NCBI GenBank assembly: GCA_041737125.1
Contig: JBGSSJ010000011.1
Coordinates: 33,568-97,567, forward strand
Reading direction: 5' to 3'
Origin: Minisyncoccia bacterium
Lineage (GTDB): Bacteria; Patescibacteriota; Minisyncoccia; Phycocordibacterales; UBA9973
Length of the DNA: 64,000 bases
Of this stretch, positions 17,941 through 29,500 are shown in pieces (position 1 is the stretch's first letter; each line of letters opens with the position of its first letter). Below the pieces are notes generated by a model that saw only the letters and a list, made by a program, of their open reading frames with translations, had not been told where the DNA came from and did not search any database. A program made the position numbers and the translations under genes.

Positions 17941-18876
17941 TTAACCTGTCCAGTTATAAGCCATAATACTAAAATCGACTAGTGTAACTTTGGTATCGTT
18001 ATTCAAATCCACTTTCGCTGGTATATTTGTTTTCTTATACCAGAAAGCCATAATTGAAAAGTCCACCAAGTTTACGTGATTATCACAGTTAAGATCACCA
18101 CGGAGAGTAGAACATAGTACTTCTTCTTTCACTTTCGTCTCATTGCCAACCAGGAAGGATAACGGTGAAGTGAAAGAACTAACTCTAGTGTCTATAGCGC
18201 TTTTGGATTTGGTTTGGTGCTTACCTAATTCTAGTATTGCTGTGTCTAAATTATACAAATAAACACCATTAGTATTAGATTTAATCTTGAAGAAATATTC
18301 TGGATCTGAATGTACAGATATAGTTATATCACTCGATGGCACACTCTGACCAAAGATAGCGAGATTATCCCCTTTTTTAACTTCACTTTTATCTATGTCT
18401 ATAGTAGGAGATAGATATATGTTGCCGATATTTACAGTTGTCCCACTTGTAATATATAAAGGGAAGGAAAAAGACTGGGATTTCCTACCTTTTGCGTCTT
18501 CACCATAGACTGAGAAAGTGTAGTTCCCAGTCGAAAGGTTAGTAACAGACACAGAGAAATTCGCCCCAGGATCAGAAATAGTATTTACTACAATGACACC
18601 ATCTTGCAGTATGAATACTCTTGATAATGGATATGCCATACCAGAGAAATTTACTACAGTCTGTGGTGGATTAACGCCACCACCACCACCACCACCTCCA
18701 CCACCTCCAGGTGGGGCAATATTCGAACTGACGATAGCCGATATGGATATATTATCATTGACGACAATATCCACTCCGTAAACAAAAATGGGTGTAAATA
18801 ATAAAAAAATAATTAAAAATACAATATTTTTATTTAATTTATTCTTGAACATTAGAAGATTTATTAACTGATACAT
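17941..18876 (-). CDS. secreted protein with poly-Gly tract and C-terminal dockerin-like tandem Ca-binding repeats
   Basis: signal peptide; 'PPGGGGGGGGGGGVNPP'; C-terminal 'DLNCDNHVNLVDFSIMAFWY' + 'DLNNDTKVTLVDFSIMAYNW' match dockerin D-x-N-x-D-x-x-V-N-x-x-D repeat pair. Confidence 0.6.
   Translation of the reverse strand: MYQLINLLMFKNKLNKNIVFLIIFLLFTPIFVYGVDIVVNDNISISAIVSSNIAPPGGGGGGGGGGGVNPPQTVVNFSGMAYPLSRVFILQDGVIVVNTISDPGANFSVSVTNLSTGNYTFSVYGEDAKGRKSQSFSFPLYITSGTTVNIGNIYLSPTIDIDKSEVKKGDNLAIFGQSVPSSDITISVHSDPEYFFKIKSNTNGVYLYNLDTAILELGKHQTKSKSAIDTRVSSFTSPLSFLVGNETKVKEEVLCSTLRGDLNCDNHVNLVDFSIMAFWYKKTNIPAKVDLNNDTKVTLVDFSIMAYNWTG
18669..18707. repeat. (GGN)n trinucleotide tract encoding 11 consecutive Gly in dockerin protein
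   Basis: plus strand ccaccaccaccaccacctccaccacctccaggtgg. Confidence 0.8.
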
Positions 18877-19876
18877 TTAGGCTATCATGCGCTTTCTGTA
18901 TGATATATCTATTGTATCTTTTAATAAGTCTTTTACCTCCAAAAAATATTACTATGAATATAACGAGTAGACATATTAGCAATTGCCATGGGAACACAAA
19001 GAAGAAAGCGTACTTACTAGTATGAATACTATTTGTACCGTATTCTAAGCTAAGTTTTGCGAAATAAGGTCCGAATGCATAGTTCTGCCATTGATAAAGT
19101 GCATCACTGAAAAACTTTTCAATTTTATTATCTGGACTAATGAAGTCATTACTACGTGGATTCTTCACCCAATCAATATCAAAGCGTCTTGTTGAATTAG
19201 GTAGGATGTTACCATTGGTGGGATTCGCATCAATACTATCTTCTGGTATGTATAGTAAGTCATGCATTCTTATCTTCCCAACTGGTTTAATTCTATCCCC
19301 ACCATCGTTTTTAAATCTATAAGTAAAAGAAACAGGCAGAGTATTATAGAAAACTTTATTATCTAGTGTATCAAAGCTTATCAATCCCCCAGCCTCTTTT
19401 ACGTCACCAGAGACAGATAGGAGTATCAGCATGCCTACTTTTGCTCCAATAGAGACTGCAGATGCACCTGTCCCGGTCGGATTAGTACCCCAGAAAATAG
19501 CAGCAAAGTGTCCTCCCGGGGTTGCATTTTGTGGAATATTAATTAATACAGGGACGATAACACTACCTCCAGGTGGCAGTGCGACAGATTCCTGTACAGA
19601 AATCCATTTATCCAAATCCTCTTTTGATTCTACGAAAGATGGATTACCAGACTCGCCTTGCGCTTCGAAGTTTGCAAAAGAAGAATAGAAAATTTGGTTT
19701 GCATCAGTATCATTAGTAAGAGTCATCTCTTGTTGTATTGTCTCACCTGGATTACCTTTTATCTCTATTCGAGGTGGAGATACAGATATAGCTTCAGCTC
19801 TAAATGTAGAAAAGAAAAATACACCCGATATGACGGCAATCTGTATAAGCATGCGTTTTGTAAATCGGATGTTCAT
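18839..19876 (-). CDS. secreted protein with C-terminal TM anchor (cell-surface; family uncertain, DUF916-like impression only)
   Basis: signal peptide 'MLIQIAVISGVFFFSTFRAEA'; C-terminal TM 'WQLLICLLVIFIVIFFGG' + basic tail. Confidence 0.55.
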   Translation of the reverse strand: MNIRFTKRMLIQIAVISGVFFFSTFRAEAISVSPPRIEIKGNPGETIQQEMTLTNDTDANQIFYSSFANFEAQGESGNPSFVESKEDLDKWISVQESVALPPGGSVIVPVLINIPQNATPGGHFAAIFWGTNPTGTGASAVSIGAKVGMLILLSVSGDVKEAGGLISFDTLDNKVFYNTLPVSFTYRFKNDGGDRIKPVGKIRMHDLLYIPEDSIDANPTNGNILPNSTRRFDIDWVKNPRSNDFISPDNKIEKFFSDALYQWQNYAFGPYFAKLSLEYGTNSIHTSKYAFFFVFPWQLLICLLVIFIVIFFGGKRLIKRYNRYIIQKAHDSLNVSVNKSSNVQE

Positions 19877-19894
19877 TTTTCTTTTATTTAATTA

Positions 19895-20983
19895 TTAGTA
19901 AGTAGCAGTAGCGACGTATGTGTGATTTGCAGTATAAGTTCCTGCTTCTGTTACAGCATCAATGTTTGCAAGGTATCTTAGTGAGTATGTTGTTGTAGCA
20001 GAAGGACCTCCGACACTAGCTAGTGTTACTGCAGTTGATGCAGTAGGAGTCCATGCATATCCAGATGCTGCGAACGGTGCTTGGACGGCACCACTTCCGC
20101 CAGATGCTGTAGCTCTGACTCCGAACTGTTCTGTGGCAGGAGATGAAGCAGTGTTAACTGCTAATGGTGTTATTGTATTTGCTCCTGAAGTAAGAGTTGC
20201 ACCCTGAGCTGTAATTACATATCCTGATGTAGCATTTGTTCCAGCTGTGATATTAAAAGCTTCTGTCTCTGTAGTAGTAGGACAAGTTACGGCTCCAGGA
20301 TCAGTTCCTTGAGCGAAACAGGCACCAGCAGTACGCAAGTTACCGAAGAATACTGTATTGTCAGACAAAGCAAAAGATATACTAGGCACAACTAAAGCAT
20401 TCACCACAACTACATCATCAGATACGATTGGTATACCTATAGTTCCAGTATCAGTGAAAGTTCCAGATATATATAATAGTGTAGTTCCAGCAGAACCGTT
20501 TGTTATCTGTTGATCACCAGTAGCACCCGTAGTAGCATTTGTTCCTATTTCAATAACTATCACACTACCACCAGCTACAGCTGTAGTGCCGTTCGTAAAT
20601 GTAATTACTGTACCTGAAGTGCGAACTACTCCCCATGTCGCAGCAGCGGGAGCAGCAGCGAGAGTCACATCAACACCATCATCAGTTAAATCTATGTCAG
20701 TAAAATCAAGTGGGGCAGGAATACTCGTGGAGTTATCGAATGTAAGTATTATAGTCTGTCCAGAAGCAACACCAGTTGGAGTAGTGAATGTTATAGTATG
20801 GTTTGCTACAGTTGAAGCTTTTTCTGCATTTGTCGCACCTGTTGCAGGTGAGAGCCTATCAGACATAGCGGTAAGAGATGCAGCTTCTGCTACTTTTGTA
20901 AAGTATGGAGTAAAAGAAGTTACACATACGAACATGAACATTAGGACGACGTTGGTAATATTTAAAAGTGTTGATTTTTTCAT
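19895..20983 (-). CDS. secreted Thr/Ala/Gly-rich beta-rich surface protein (paralog A), C-terminus ends in alternating aromatic pattern ...HTYVATATY
   Basis: signal peptide (AEA|AS); paralogous to 21084..22082 ('FGNLRTAG'/'FGNLSAGAS', 'EQFGVRA'/'EQFGLRA', 'YSLRYLANID'/'YSVRYVGNID'). Confidence 0.55.
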   Translation of the reverse strand: MKKSTLLNITNVVLMFMFVCVTSFTPYFTKVAEAASLTAMSDRLSPATGATNAEKASTVANHTITFTTPTGVASGQTIILTFDNSTSIPAPLDFTDIDLTDDGVDVTLAAAPAAATWGVVRTSGTVITFTNGTTAVAGGSVIVIEIGTNATTGATGDQQITNGSAGTTLLYISGTFTDTGTIGIPIVSDDVVVVNALVVPSISFALSDNTVFFGNLRTAGACFAQGTDPGAVTCPTTTETEAFNITAGTNATSGYVITAQGATLTSGANTITPLAVNTASSPATEQFGVRATASGGSGAVQAPFAASGYAWTPTASTAVTLASVGGPSATTTYSLRYLANIDAVTEAGTYTANHTYVATATY

Positions 20984-21083
20984 ATTTAATAAATTTTAAT
21001 AATAAATTACTCTTTAAGTAGATATATTTTACCATATTTTAAAGGTAAAATATACAAAGATAGCTGTTGATAACTATCATAAA

Positions 21084-22082
21084 CTAAAATGTTCCAGTGA
21101 CCACATAATTGATATGAGCTACATAGGCACCCGCTGCTGTATTACTGTCTATATTACCTACATATCGGACTGAGTAGACAGTATTACTATTATCCCCCGC
21201 CCCGCTTGCAAGCTCGTCTGGGAATGATCCAGTATCGAGAGCAAAACCTGAAGCAGCATATGGCGAAGTTACAGTGCCTGTACCACTAGTTACACTTGCG
21301 CGTAATCCGAACTGCTCTGTCCCTACGCTTGGAGCAGTATTTGTACCACCGATAGCATCTATAGTATTGCCTCCATATGTAAGAGTAGTTCCATCCACAG
21401 ATAGAACGTAGCCACTAGGCGCATTTGTACTAGCAGAAATTGTATGCGCCTCGACTTCGGTACCACTTCCAGTACTTGTATCTGCATATCTCGACGCTCC
21501 GGCTGATAAATTACCAAAGTTTACAGTATTAGCGGAAATTGAGAAATTAATACTAAGTGGAATAATAGTAGCACAAAGCTTGCGTGTATAAGCCGAACCA
21601 TCACCCAATGTGGCATTATCAGAGCCGGACAAAGATAGAAGTGTTGTATCGTAGCCAGAACAATTGTTGTCTTGATAGCCACTTGATATCTCATTTGCGG
21701 TGACAGAATCAGAAAGACAGACATTAGAGCCATAAGTATTCACACTTGTCTCTTGCATGTGGGCATTCGTCGCCGAAGAAATTCTTCCTAGTATTTCATA
21801 GTTACCACTACAAGAGTTCCCTATCGACAAAATACCAGTACAACAGACAACATTATTATCATAATTAACGTTGGATTGGCTGGGTAATTCTGCATGAGCA
21901 TTAGTCGAACCCGACATACGAAGTATTACAGTTCCCGTACAAGAGCCCACGGTCGTAACCGAGCAAGTAAGTGCACCATAAGCATAAGATGTAGGTATCA
22001 TAATTAATAAAGCCAAAAATAGAGACAAAATAGTTCCCGAAATTTTATCTTTTTTAGTTTTATCAATTATGTTTAAAAACAT
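21084..22082 (-). CDS. secreted Thr/Ser/Gly-rich surface protein (paralog B), C-terminus ...INYVVTGTF
   Basis: signal peptide; paralogy to 19895..20983 as above. Confidence 0.55.
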   Translation of the reverse strand: MFLNIIDKTKKDKISGTILSLFLALLIMIPTSYAYGALTCSVTTVGSCTGTVILRMSGSTNAHAELPSQSNVNYDNNVVCCTGILSIGNSCSGNYEILGRISSATNAHMQETSVNTYGSNVCLSDSVTANEISSGYQDNNCSGYDTTLLSLSGSDNATLGDGSAYTRKLCATIIPLSINFSISANTVNFGNLSAGASRYADTSTGSGTEVEAHTISASTNAPSGYVLSVDGTTLTYGGNTIDAIGGTNTAPSVGTEQFGLRASVTSGTGTVTSPYAASGFALDTGSFPDELASGAGDNSNTVYSVRYVGNIDSNTAAGAYVAHINYVVTGTF

Positions 22083-22090
22083 TTTATAGA

Positions 22091-22504
22091 CTATTGCTCG
22101 TCCAAAGGCACACTCTCTGCATTATTCTTTGTATTTAATGGAGCAATATTAATTATCTTATTTGCTACAGGATCAAACAATATAGCCTTTTTAGCATTAC
22201 TATATATGAGGACTTTATAACCAACTTTTGAATCTGCAAAGAATGCCTGATCTCGAAGTGCTTCTGGATCAGAGACCGTAGCTATGGTCGGAGTCTCACC
22301 TTCTGGAAGAAGTACAATTCTACCTACTTTTTTTGAAAGACTCTGTGCTTCAGCCATAGATTCTTGAACACTAGTATCTAAAAGCTTACTCTGTTTATAG
22401 AAGTAGACTGCTGCCACCCCCAATCCTATTACCAAGATAATAAGGATAAATAAGATATATTTTTTTAACAATGTATTTTTCATATTTATAATTCTATTAC
22501 ACAA
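22091..22504 (-). CDS. small N-terminally membrane-anchored hypothetical protein
   Basis: TM 'ILFILIILVIGLGVAAVYFY' then soluble domain; likely true start at MKNTLL (22483). Confidence 0.5.
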   Translation of the reverse strand: MCNRIINMKNTLLKKYILFILIILVIGLGVAAVYFYKQSKLLDTSVQESMAEAQSLSKKVGRIVLLPEGETPTIATVSDPEALRDQAFFADSKVGYKVLIYSNAKKAILFDPVANKIINIAPLNTKNNAESVPLDEQ

Positions 22505-23542
22505 TTACAATTTATTCAACCTACTATCTTTACCTATCTTTTCATAGAAAAAGTGAGAGATTTGTTTAATGATATTTTGTTGCTTATTTAAGTCGTTACC
22601 TCGAGTCATCACGCACAATATGTATGGCGCCTCCAAATGATATACAATACCGCAGTCGTGCAACTGAATTATATCTTCCTTTACATTTTTAAAGTCAGTA
22701 GGAAAACGCTCACCATATTTATGTGCAACTTTTATTTTATTTGGAACACCGGCCACTAATCCATCATGATAATTGTTTTCTGAAAGTATTTTTAATACTG
22801 TTTCCGAATGTTCTCTATTCAAATATGAAGCATTGAAAAGAATACGATAAAATGATGCCATATCCTTAATTCGTAGGAATATTTCATTATCTTGATTTAC
22901 ACGAACAACGCCAATATTGAGAAAAGTATTATCAATATATTCTTTTGGGATCTGTTCATATAGCATTGCAGTTGCGACATTGTCTGAATTCTTAATCATT
23001 TTTTCTGCAAGCACAGCGAGCGAGTACGGTTGACCAATTTGAATATCTGTAGGCTCTGAATTTATCTGATCTGGAATGTTAGAGAAAAACCGCTGTTCCG
23101 CAATAACCACTTTGGAGAGAGCTGAAGGTGTAGTTTCTGACCATTTATAAAGAGCAATGATAAGTGGTGTCTTAAGCATACTTGCAGGTGTAAAGTATTC
23201 CTTTTCATTTATACCTATCCATGGACCATTATTCAAATCTCGAAAGTATACAGATATGTGATTAATATATTTCTCTTCTTGAATTTTTTCTACAAATCTT
23301 CGCACCTCGCTAGAATCTAGCATAGCCTCTGAAGAAGATGTGGATAGCTCGAAATCAAGAATAGGATTAGTAAACTTATATTCCCCACCCTTCTCTCTCG
23401 TAATAGTTCCCTTTGTTTGATTCTTAAGATTTATGATTCGTGCTTGCTGAACTATAATTATGACCAAAAATACTATTGCTATCGTGCAGAAAATAGTTGT
23501 TTTCTTATTCAAGCTATTTTTATTTATTTTGGGTATTGCCAT
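22505..23542 (-). CDS. membrane-anchored class A beta-lactamase-fold serine hydrolase (PBP/beta-lactamase family)
   Basis: N-terminal TM; S-x-x-K 'PASMLKTP', SDN 'KNSDNVATAML', KTG-like 'HKYGE'. Confidence 0.65.
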   Translation of the reverse strand: MAIPKINKNSLNKKTTIFCTIAIVFLVIIIVQQARIINLKNQTKGTITREKGGEYKFTNPILDFELSTSSSEAMLDSSEVRRFVEKIQEEKYINHISVYFRDLNNGPWIGINEKEYFTPASMLKTPLIIALYKWSETTPSALSKVVIAEQRFFSNIPDQINSEPTDIQIGQPYSLAVLAEKMIKNSDNVATAMLYEQIPKEYIDNTFLNIGVVRVNQDNEIFLRIKDMASFYRILFNASYLNREHSETVLKILSENNYHDGLVAGVPNKIKVAHKYGERFPTDFKNVKEDIIQLHDCGIVYHLEAPYILCVMTRGNDLNKQQNIIKQISHFFYEKIGKDSRLNKL

Positions 23543-23544
23543 AA

Positions 23545-26500
23545 TTAATATTCTGAGACTGTAGTATTATCAGTATTTTCTTCTATTATAAGTGGTGCTT
23601 CCACAGTTACTTTTGGGCTCGGAACAGGCGTACTCTCCTCTATTATAGGTGCGGGTTCATCTGGAGAAGTTACTTCCTCAATAATTATTTCCTCAGTTAC
23701 TATTTCGGGTACTAGTTCAGTAGAGGGATTTTCCGGTGATGGGACATCATCTTCTTGGGGTACTTGTTCTAGAGGAGCTTCTGTAGGTATTTCTATGTCG
23801 AGTCCTTCTACTAGACTCTCTACAATTTTAGGATCTTTTACGCCTAATGCTACCCAAGAGAAGCGTATATCCCGAGGTGCTTTCTTATTCAAGAATATTG
23901 TGAACCCTGTTTGATCTTTCTCTACCACTAGGTGGCGTACATCTTCGAAGAAGAATGCTTCAGCAGTGGCATCATCCATATTATCTGTAACCTCAAATGT
24001 AATATTTGTGGTTATCACAGGCGTGGTCACATAAGGCTCATCGAATACTACTCGCACTCGTCGGTCTTCCTCTTTTATAAGAGCAAAACCTGCTGTATCT
24101 TTGTTAAATATTGGTGGGATAGTGAACTCTGTCTGTGCACCGAAGACTACAGAGCCATCAAATGTAGTACTATTGGCAAAGAATGAAAGTCCACTAAACT
24201 GTGCTTTGCCTTCGAAAGTACTCTCTCCTGTTGCTTTGAAATTTGCTGTAGTTACTGATGTGAGTGCATCAAATGCATTTGCTCCGAGCAATGTTTCAAG
24301 TGCAGTGATTCGCTCAATCAGCGCATCAAAACCAGCAATTTTAGTAGCTTCAATTTCTTGTGCAGTAATTTTACCATTAAATACTGCATTTCCGAGTGCA
24401 TCAATAGTCATAACCGCAGCATCTTCACTATTTTTCTTTACAGAGAAGATTCCATTATTAAGAACAAGCGCGAGTGATCCATCTATTCCCCCAGTGAGCT
24501 GGCTTGTCACTACAGTATCAGCAATAAGTGTAGGTGTAAGAATTTCAAACCCAGCAGCAATTCTATCTGTGAAGAAGCTCTCTAGTGGAAGAGCGTTTGT
24601 CTCCTTGTCATCACGTGTTGCACGCAAGAATGACATGATAGACCATTGTGTTCCAAGCTCTGCTGTAAGTCCATCAACTGAAACATGGCCGTCTTCTATA
24701 GAACCATATTCTTGTGCAAGAATCTCTACATTTTGACCAAGTGATTCTCCAAGCCCAACAAAGAGCATAACATATCCGCACTGTATTCCTGTTGATGATT
24801 GCACTTGTTCTCCTTGCGCTTCACCTTCTACACGCTCTCCACCTACCCATGGACCTTCAGGAAGAGCAACATTTTCAAGTGCTGGAAGAGGGGCATCGCA
24901 TGAAGTCATTCCGTATGGCTCATTGAGTACACGACCTATCACTGCTCCGGCTGAAGTCGCGCGCATTGCATATCCTTCACGGGAAGACGAGGTGAGGAGG
25001 TCACCTACCTTTATAGGGCCATTTTCTGTCGTTACCTTAACAGGTACACGACCGGAGAGCGCAACAGCGTATGCATTTTCTGCTACAGGTCCTAAAATAA
25101 GTCCTGGTCGTGTGGAAATAACACCGAGCAGATTCTTTTGATACCTTCGAGAAGACTTACCAATTCCAGCTTCTTGACTTGGTTCAATGGAGACGACATC
25201 GCCTGCCTCAAGTGTTTCATTTGAGTAATAGTACTCAGCAAGGTCGGCTCCTTGACCGAGACCAAGCACATCTTGTGTGGCCCCAAAGAGACCACTAGCC
25301 ACCAAACTCATTCGAACATCCTCAAGAGCAAGGAGCGTATCTGCTTGGAGTTGTTTTATACTTACATCTTTTCTTTCTACTCTGATACCTGTACCAGTGG
25401 CAAACAAGATAGTATCCGTATATATAGCTATTGATTTTATGTCATCAGAACCAGTACCACTCCACGTAGTACCAAAATCATCTTCTTCAATACCAGAATC
25501 ACTACTATGCACTTCTGTTTTAATTCCTCCTGCCCCAGCATTTGTAAATGTTGAAATTCCTCCACCATCTGCCCCATCATCAGTACCAACATACAAACTA
25601 CGAGTCTTGTTAATTTGTGTAGGGGCATCAACAGCAATAGAGGTTACGTTATTTGTAGATCCATAGAGCTTAGAAGGAGAAACTCGGTAATCACTTGTTG
25701 CATCTGGTGTGACCGACCATGCAGGCGCCACAGTAAAGGCAGTTGCATCATTTGAAATAATATTTCTTGTTTGTCCAGCCCCAGTTCCTCCAGTGATTTC
25801 AACAACAAGCGAAGTAAATGAATTTGGAACATAGGTTGCAGTCGTACTTCCTATTGTCGTTCCACTGAAAATATCAGCATTCTCAACGGAGGTTTGTGGT
25901 CGTATGAGATGTGTTCGTCCATCAAGGAAGCGTCTATTTGCAGAAGCAGAAACGGTACCTGAAGATGTCGTTGCACCTGCACTCCACGTGAATTCATCAA
26001 TTTCTCCATCCCAGAAACTATCCCCTGTGGCGCAGTTAGCCCCAGTACATCGGCCACCAATGGTGAGCACTTGTGCTGCGTCAAGTGTTGCTGTTGCTGC
26101 AAGAGCTGTATCACACGCAGCTGCCAAGCGTCCGTCTATATACATACATAAGTCTGTGTCAGTATTCGTAAGCAAGAAATGATGCCACTGACCATCGTTC
26201 CATGTTCCAGAAGAAGTCAAACCGTCATCCATCGACAAAGTTCCCACAGTTGTCCATGTCCCATCATCATCAATACCTGCAGTGATAGTTCCTGTAGTTG
26301 TCATACCAGCATAGATACAAGCGGCAGCTGTAGGAGTTGCAGGAGTATAACATCGCTCAAAGAGCACATCAGCTGCTGCGGTCGTTGAATGTTTAAACCA
26401 AAGCGAAACCGTAAAGGAAGTTGCTGCAACGTTGTTGTCTGTATCACTGTCACACGTGCCGTCCGCATTGGCATCACTACAGAGGTACGAGTTATTATTG

Positions 26501-29500
26501 AAATTCACTGACCCTCCTCGAATACCATTACCTCCAAATGTTGGTGCTGTTGCGCCTGCTTGGTCAAGTGGATTTCTGGTCGTCCCCGTATTTCCAACCG
26601 CACTATTTGTAGATGTCGCACCTACTGCATCATCAAAAAGGTACGCTGAACGGACTCCTCCATTCATATACGGAGTTGCACTATCCTTCGTTGTGATCTT
26701 TGACCATGAGGCATTCGCAAGTGCACCTCCTGATGTGTGCACTTCTGCAAGACCTTGGTTTGTACCGACAAACACAATATCACCTGAGTCAATCTGTCCC
26801 GCTGCAGCAGCTTCCCTTGCAGCAGAACCACGCTCAATCACTGCAAGAGCGCTCGGTGAAGTCGAAATAGTGGGAACAGCCCCCTCAAGTGTAATCGGCG
26901 TATTCCCGGCGAGTGTTTCGTCATACCATCGTGTAGGAGTTCCGTTTGCCTGTGTTGTTATCACCGTATCTACTCCGCGCCATTCTTCAAGTTGAGCGCG
27001 CGTTTCATTCGTCGCATACATACGACCACGCTTAGTCATGTACACCTGATTGTAGTCATCATTTGTTGCATCAGAATAGTTGATGACCTTTCGTGCTCCC
27101 ATATTGATAACAGACACTCCAGAGTCAGTAGCAGCTGCAATAATAGTGACTCCAAGCATTGGTCCTCCTTGAGAATCAACTGGCGCAATAAGTGTACCCG
27201 CTCTTCCTTCCATGGATCCAGTCTGAACATTTACTGACACATCATTGACTGTGTTGTTGATAATAGCAAAACCTGTCTCTGCATTAGCAGCATACGTGGC
27301 AGTTGAATTTCGATTGCCAATATTTATATCTGCTTGAGTCCTGTTTGTAGTGTTATATCTATATAGAACATCTTGTTTAAAATCAAATGCATATAAACCT
27401 GTAGCAGAAGCCCCGTTTGTACCAACATAAATAACACCATTTTGAGCAGTTACTCCAGAGGGGTTGTTGTTAGTATCTGCACCGAGTGCATAGGTGCCCG
27501 CTTGAGTAAACTTCATCCAAAGTGAATTATCAGCACTGTCAAATATATACAGTCCATCAGCAGTCGTAGCAATAATAGCCTTACGAGGAAAGGCTGAACT
27601 TCCACAACGATCATCAGTTGAGATACTACATGCATCTCCTGCCCCATCGTCTTTAGCCTCAGTTGCCCAAGATCTTTGCATCATCTCTAGAGAGTTACGC
27701 CACTCACCTGCATCAACATCAACAGATGTATCGTATATAAATGTATCTATAACCCCAGTGAGACTCCGTGCAATAGTTCCCCCTTTTACAATAAGGTCTC
27801 CATATACAAGTGCATTACCACGACTTATAGCGGTACCGACTTGGAAAATATCGTTGGTTGTTGAAGATCCATCAGAGAGAACAAGTGTTCCGTTATCTGC
27901 AAGTGTCATTTGTGGAGTTGCATCAATAAATCTGATGTCGCTATCCCATCCAGAACCAATCACAAGTGCATTCTCTGTTGCTGCAGTACCTGTGATGTTT
28001 GCGATATTTAAACCATTAAATGTCTCATCACCTGATGGTGTGTTTACTGGAATGAGTGTAATGTTGAGTCCTGAGTTTGTGTTTGTTGTTCCGTTTCCGA
28101 CTTCCATTGCAATAGAGAGCCCATCGACTCCGTCAGTGACTATCCCTGTTGTTCCACCAGTTAAATTTACTACCATCGAGTCGGCGGTAGGTATAACATT
28201 GTTCGCAGTGTTCTGTATAGTGATAGAGCCCAAGGTTGAAGTGTTGCCGGAACTATCTATCTGGAAGAGGTCACCGTTACCAACAGTAAAGAGTGATGCG
28301 GGTGATGCATCTCCGATACCGACGTTACCATTATTAAAAATAAAACCATTACTAGGACTATCACCATTTACTGCTAAATACACACTAGAACCATTACCAC
28401 TAAAATCACCTATGTAAACATTATCTAAGGCTTCAAGATAAATATTTCCACTGGACGCTCCATTCGTAACGTCTAAAATACCTCTAGGAGCTATAGTTCC
28501 TATACCTACCCTCCCGCCCATATCTGGCACCAACAAGGCATAATTATCCGTCCCTCCTGTTGCACTTGCATATAACGCTACATTAGTAGATGACGTTCCT
28601 GTTTTAACATTGGTAAAATAACCACCATAGGTCGTTTGAGTTGAAGTAGCGTTTGCACCCGACTGTGCGACTTCAAATATTTTCTGTGCATTTGATGCTG
28701 CAGCAGTAGAAGTAGACGAGAGTTTGAGTCCTGTTGCGCCCGCGAGTGTATTCCATTGCCATTCTTGAGTGTAGTCCGCATTGTTGATAGTGTTGGTAGC
28801 TCCTGCTGCAGAGAGACTAGAAAGTGCAACCGCTCCTCCACAAGAAGCAACTGAAAGCGTTCCTGATCCGTTTGACTGGAGACATCCAGATGCATCTGCA
28901 GCAGGAAGAGTCCATGTGTATGACGCAGTAACAGCAGCGGGAGCTTGGAGTGCTGCAAAGTCTGTCCCTCCTCCTGTTTCGACAAATCGCAAATCAGCCC
29001 CTGCAAAGAGTGATGTGTTCCCTGATCCATCTACTTGGAAGAGGTCGCCGGAGCCGACAGTGAAGAGTGAAGCGGGTGATGTGTCTCCAATCCCCACATT
29101 CCCACTATTAAGTATCCTCATCGCTTCAGTGGCTCCGTTGTTCCCCGTCTGGAAAATAATATCTGCACCTGTTGTTCCCACTCCTGAAGTTGAGCGAAGC
29201 GTTAGTGGAGATGTAGTAGTGGTACCTCCGATAACAAGTGGTGTGGTGATGTCTGTGGTGAATGTTGGAGATGTAGAGAAGACAGCAAGGCCAGAACCAG
29301 TTTCGTCTGTGAGAGCGCTTGCTAAGTTTGCAGATGACGGAGTAGAGAGCCATGTAGAAATTCCACTACCGAGTGTGGTTACAGAAAGTGCACCTGTTCC
29401 TCCTGATGTAGTAACAAATCCATTCGTAGAAAGTCCTGAGAATGTGATACTACCACTTGATGTGATACCTGTGGCTGCAATAATTGCTCCTGTACTATCT

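Noticed and set aside
19895-22082. WxL-domain surface proteins (CscB/CscC-like) downstream of a DUF916-like protein
   Set aside because: Neither paralogue contains W-x-L motifs (only 'TWG' and 'AWTP'), so a WxL assignment is not supported.
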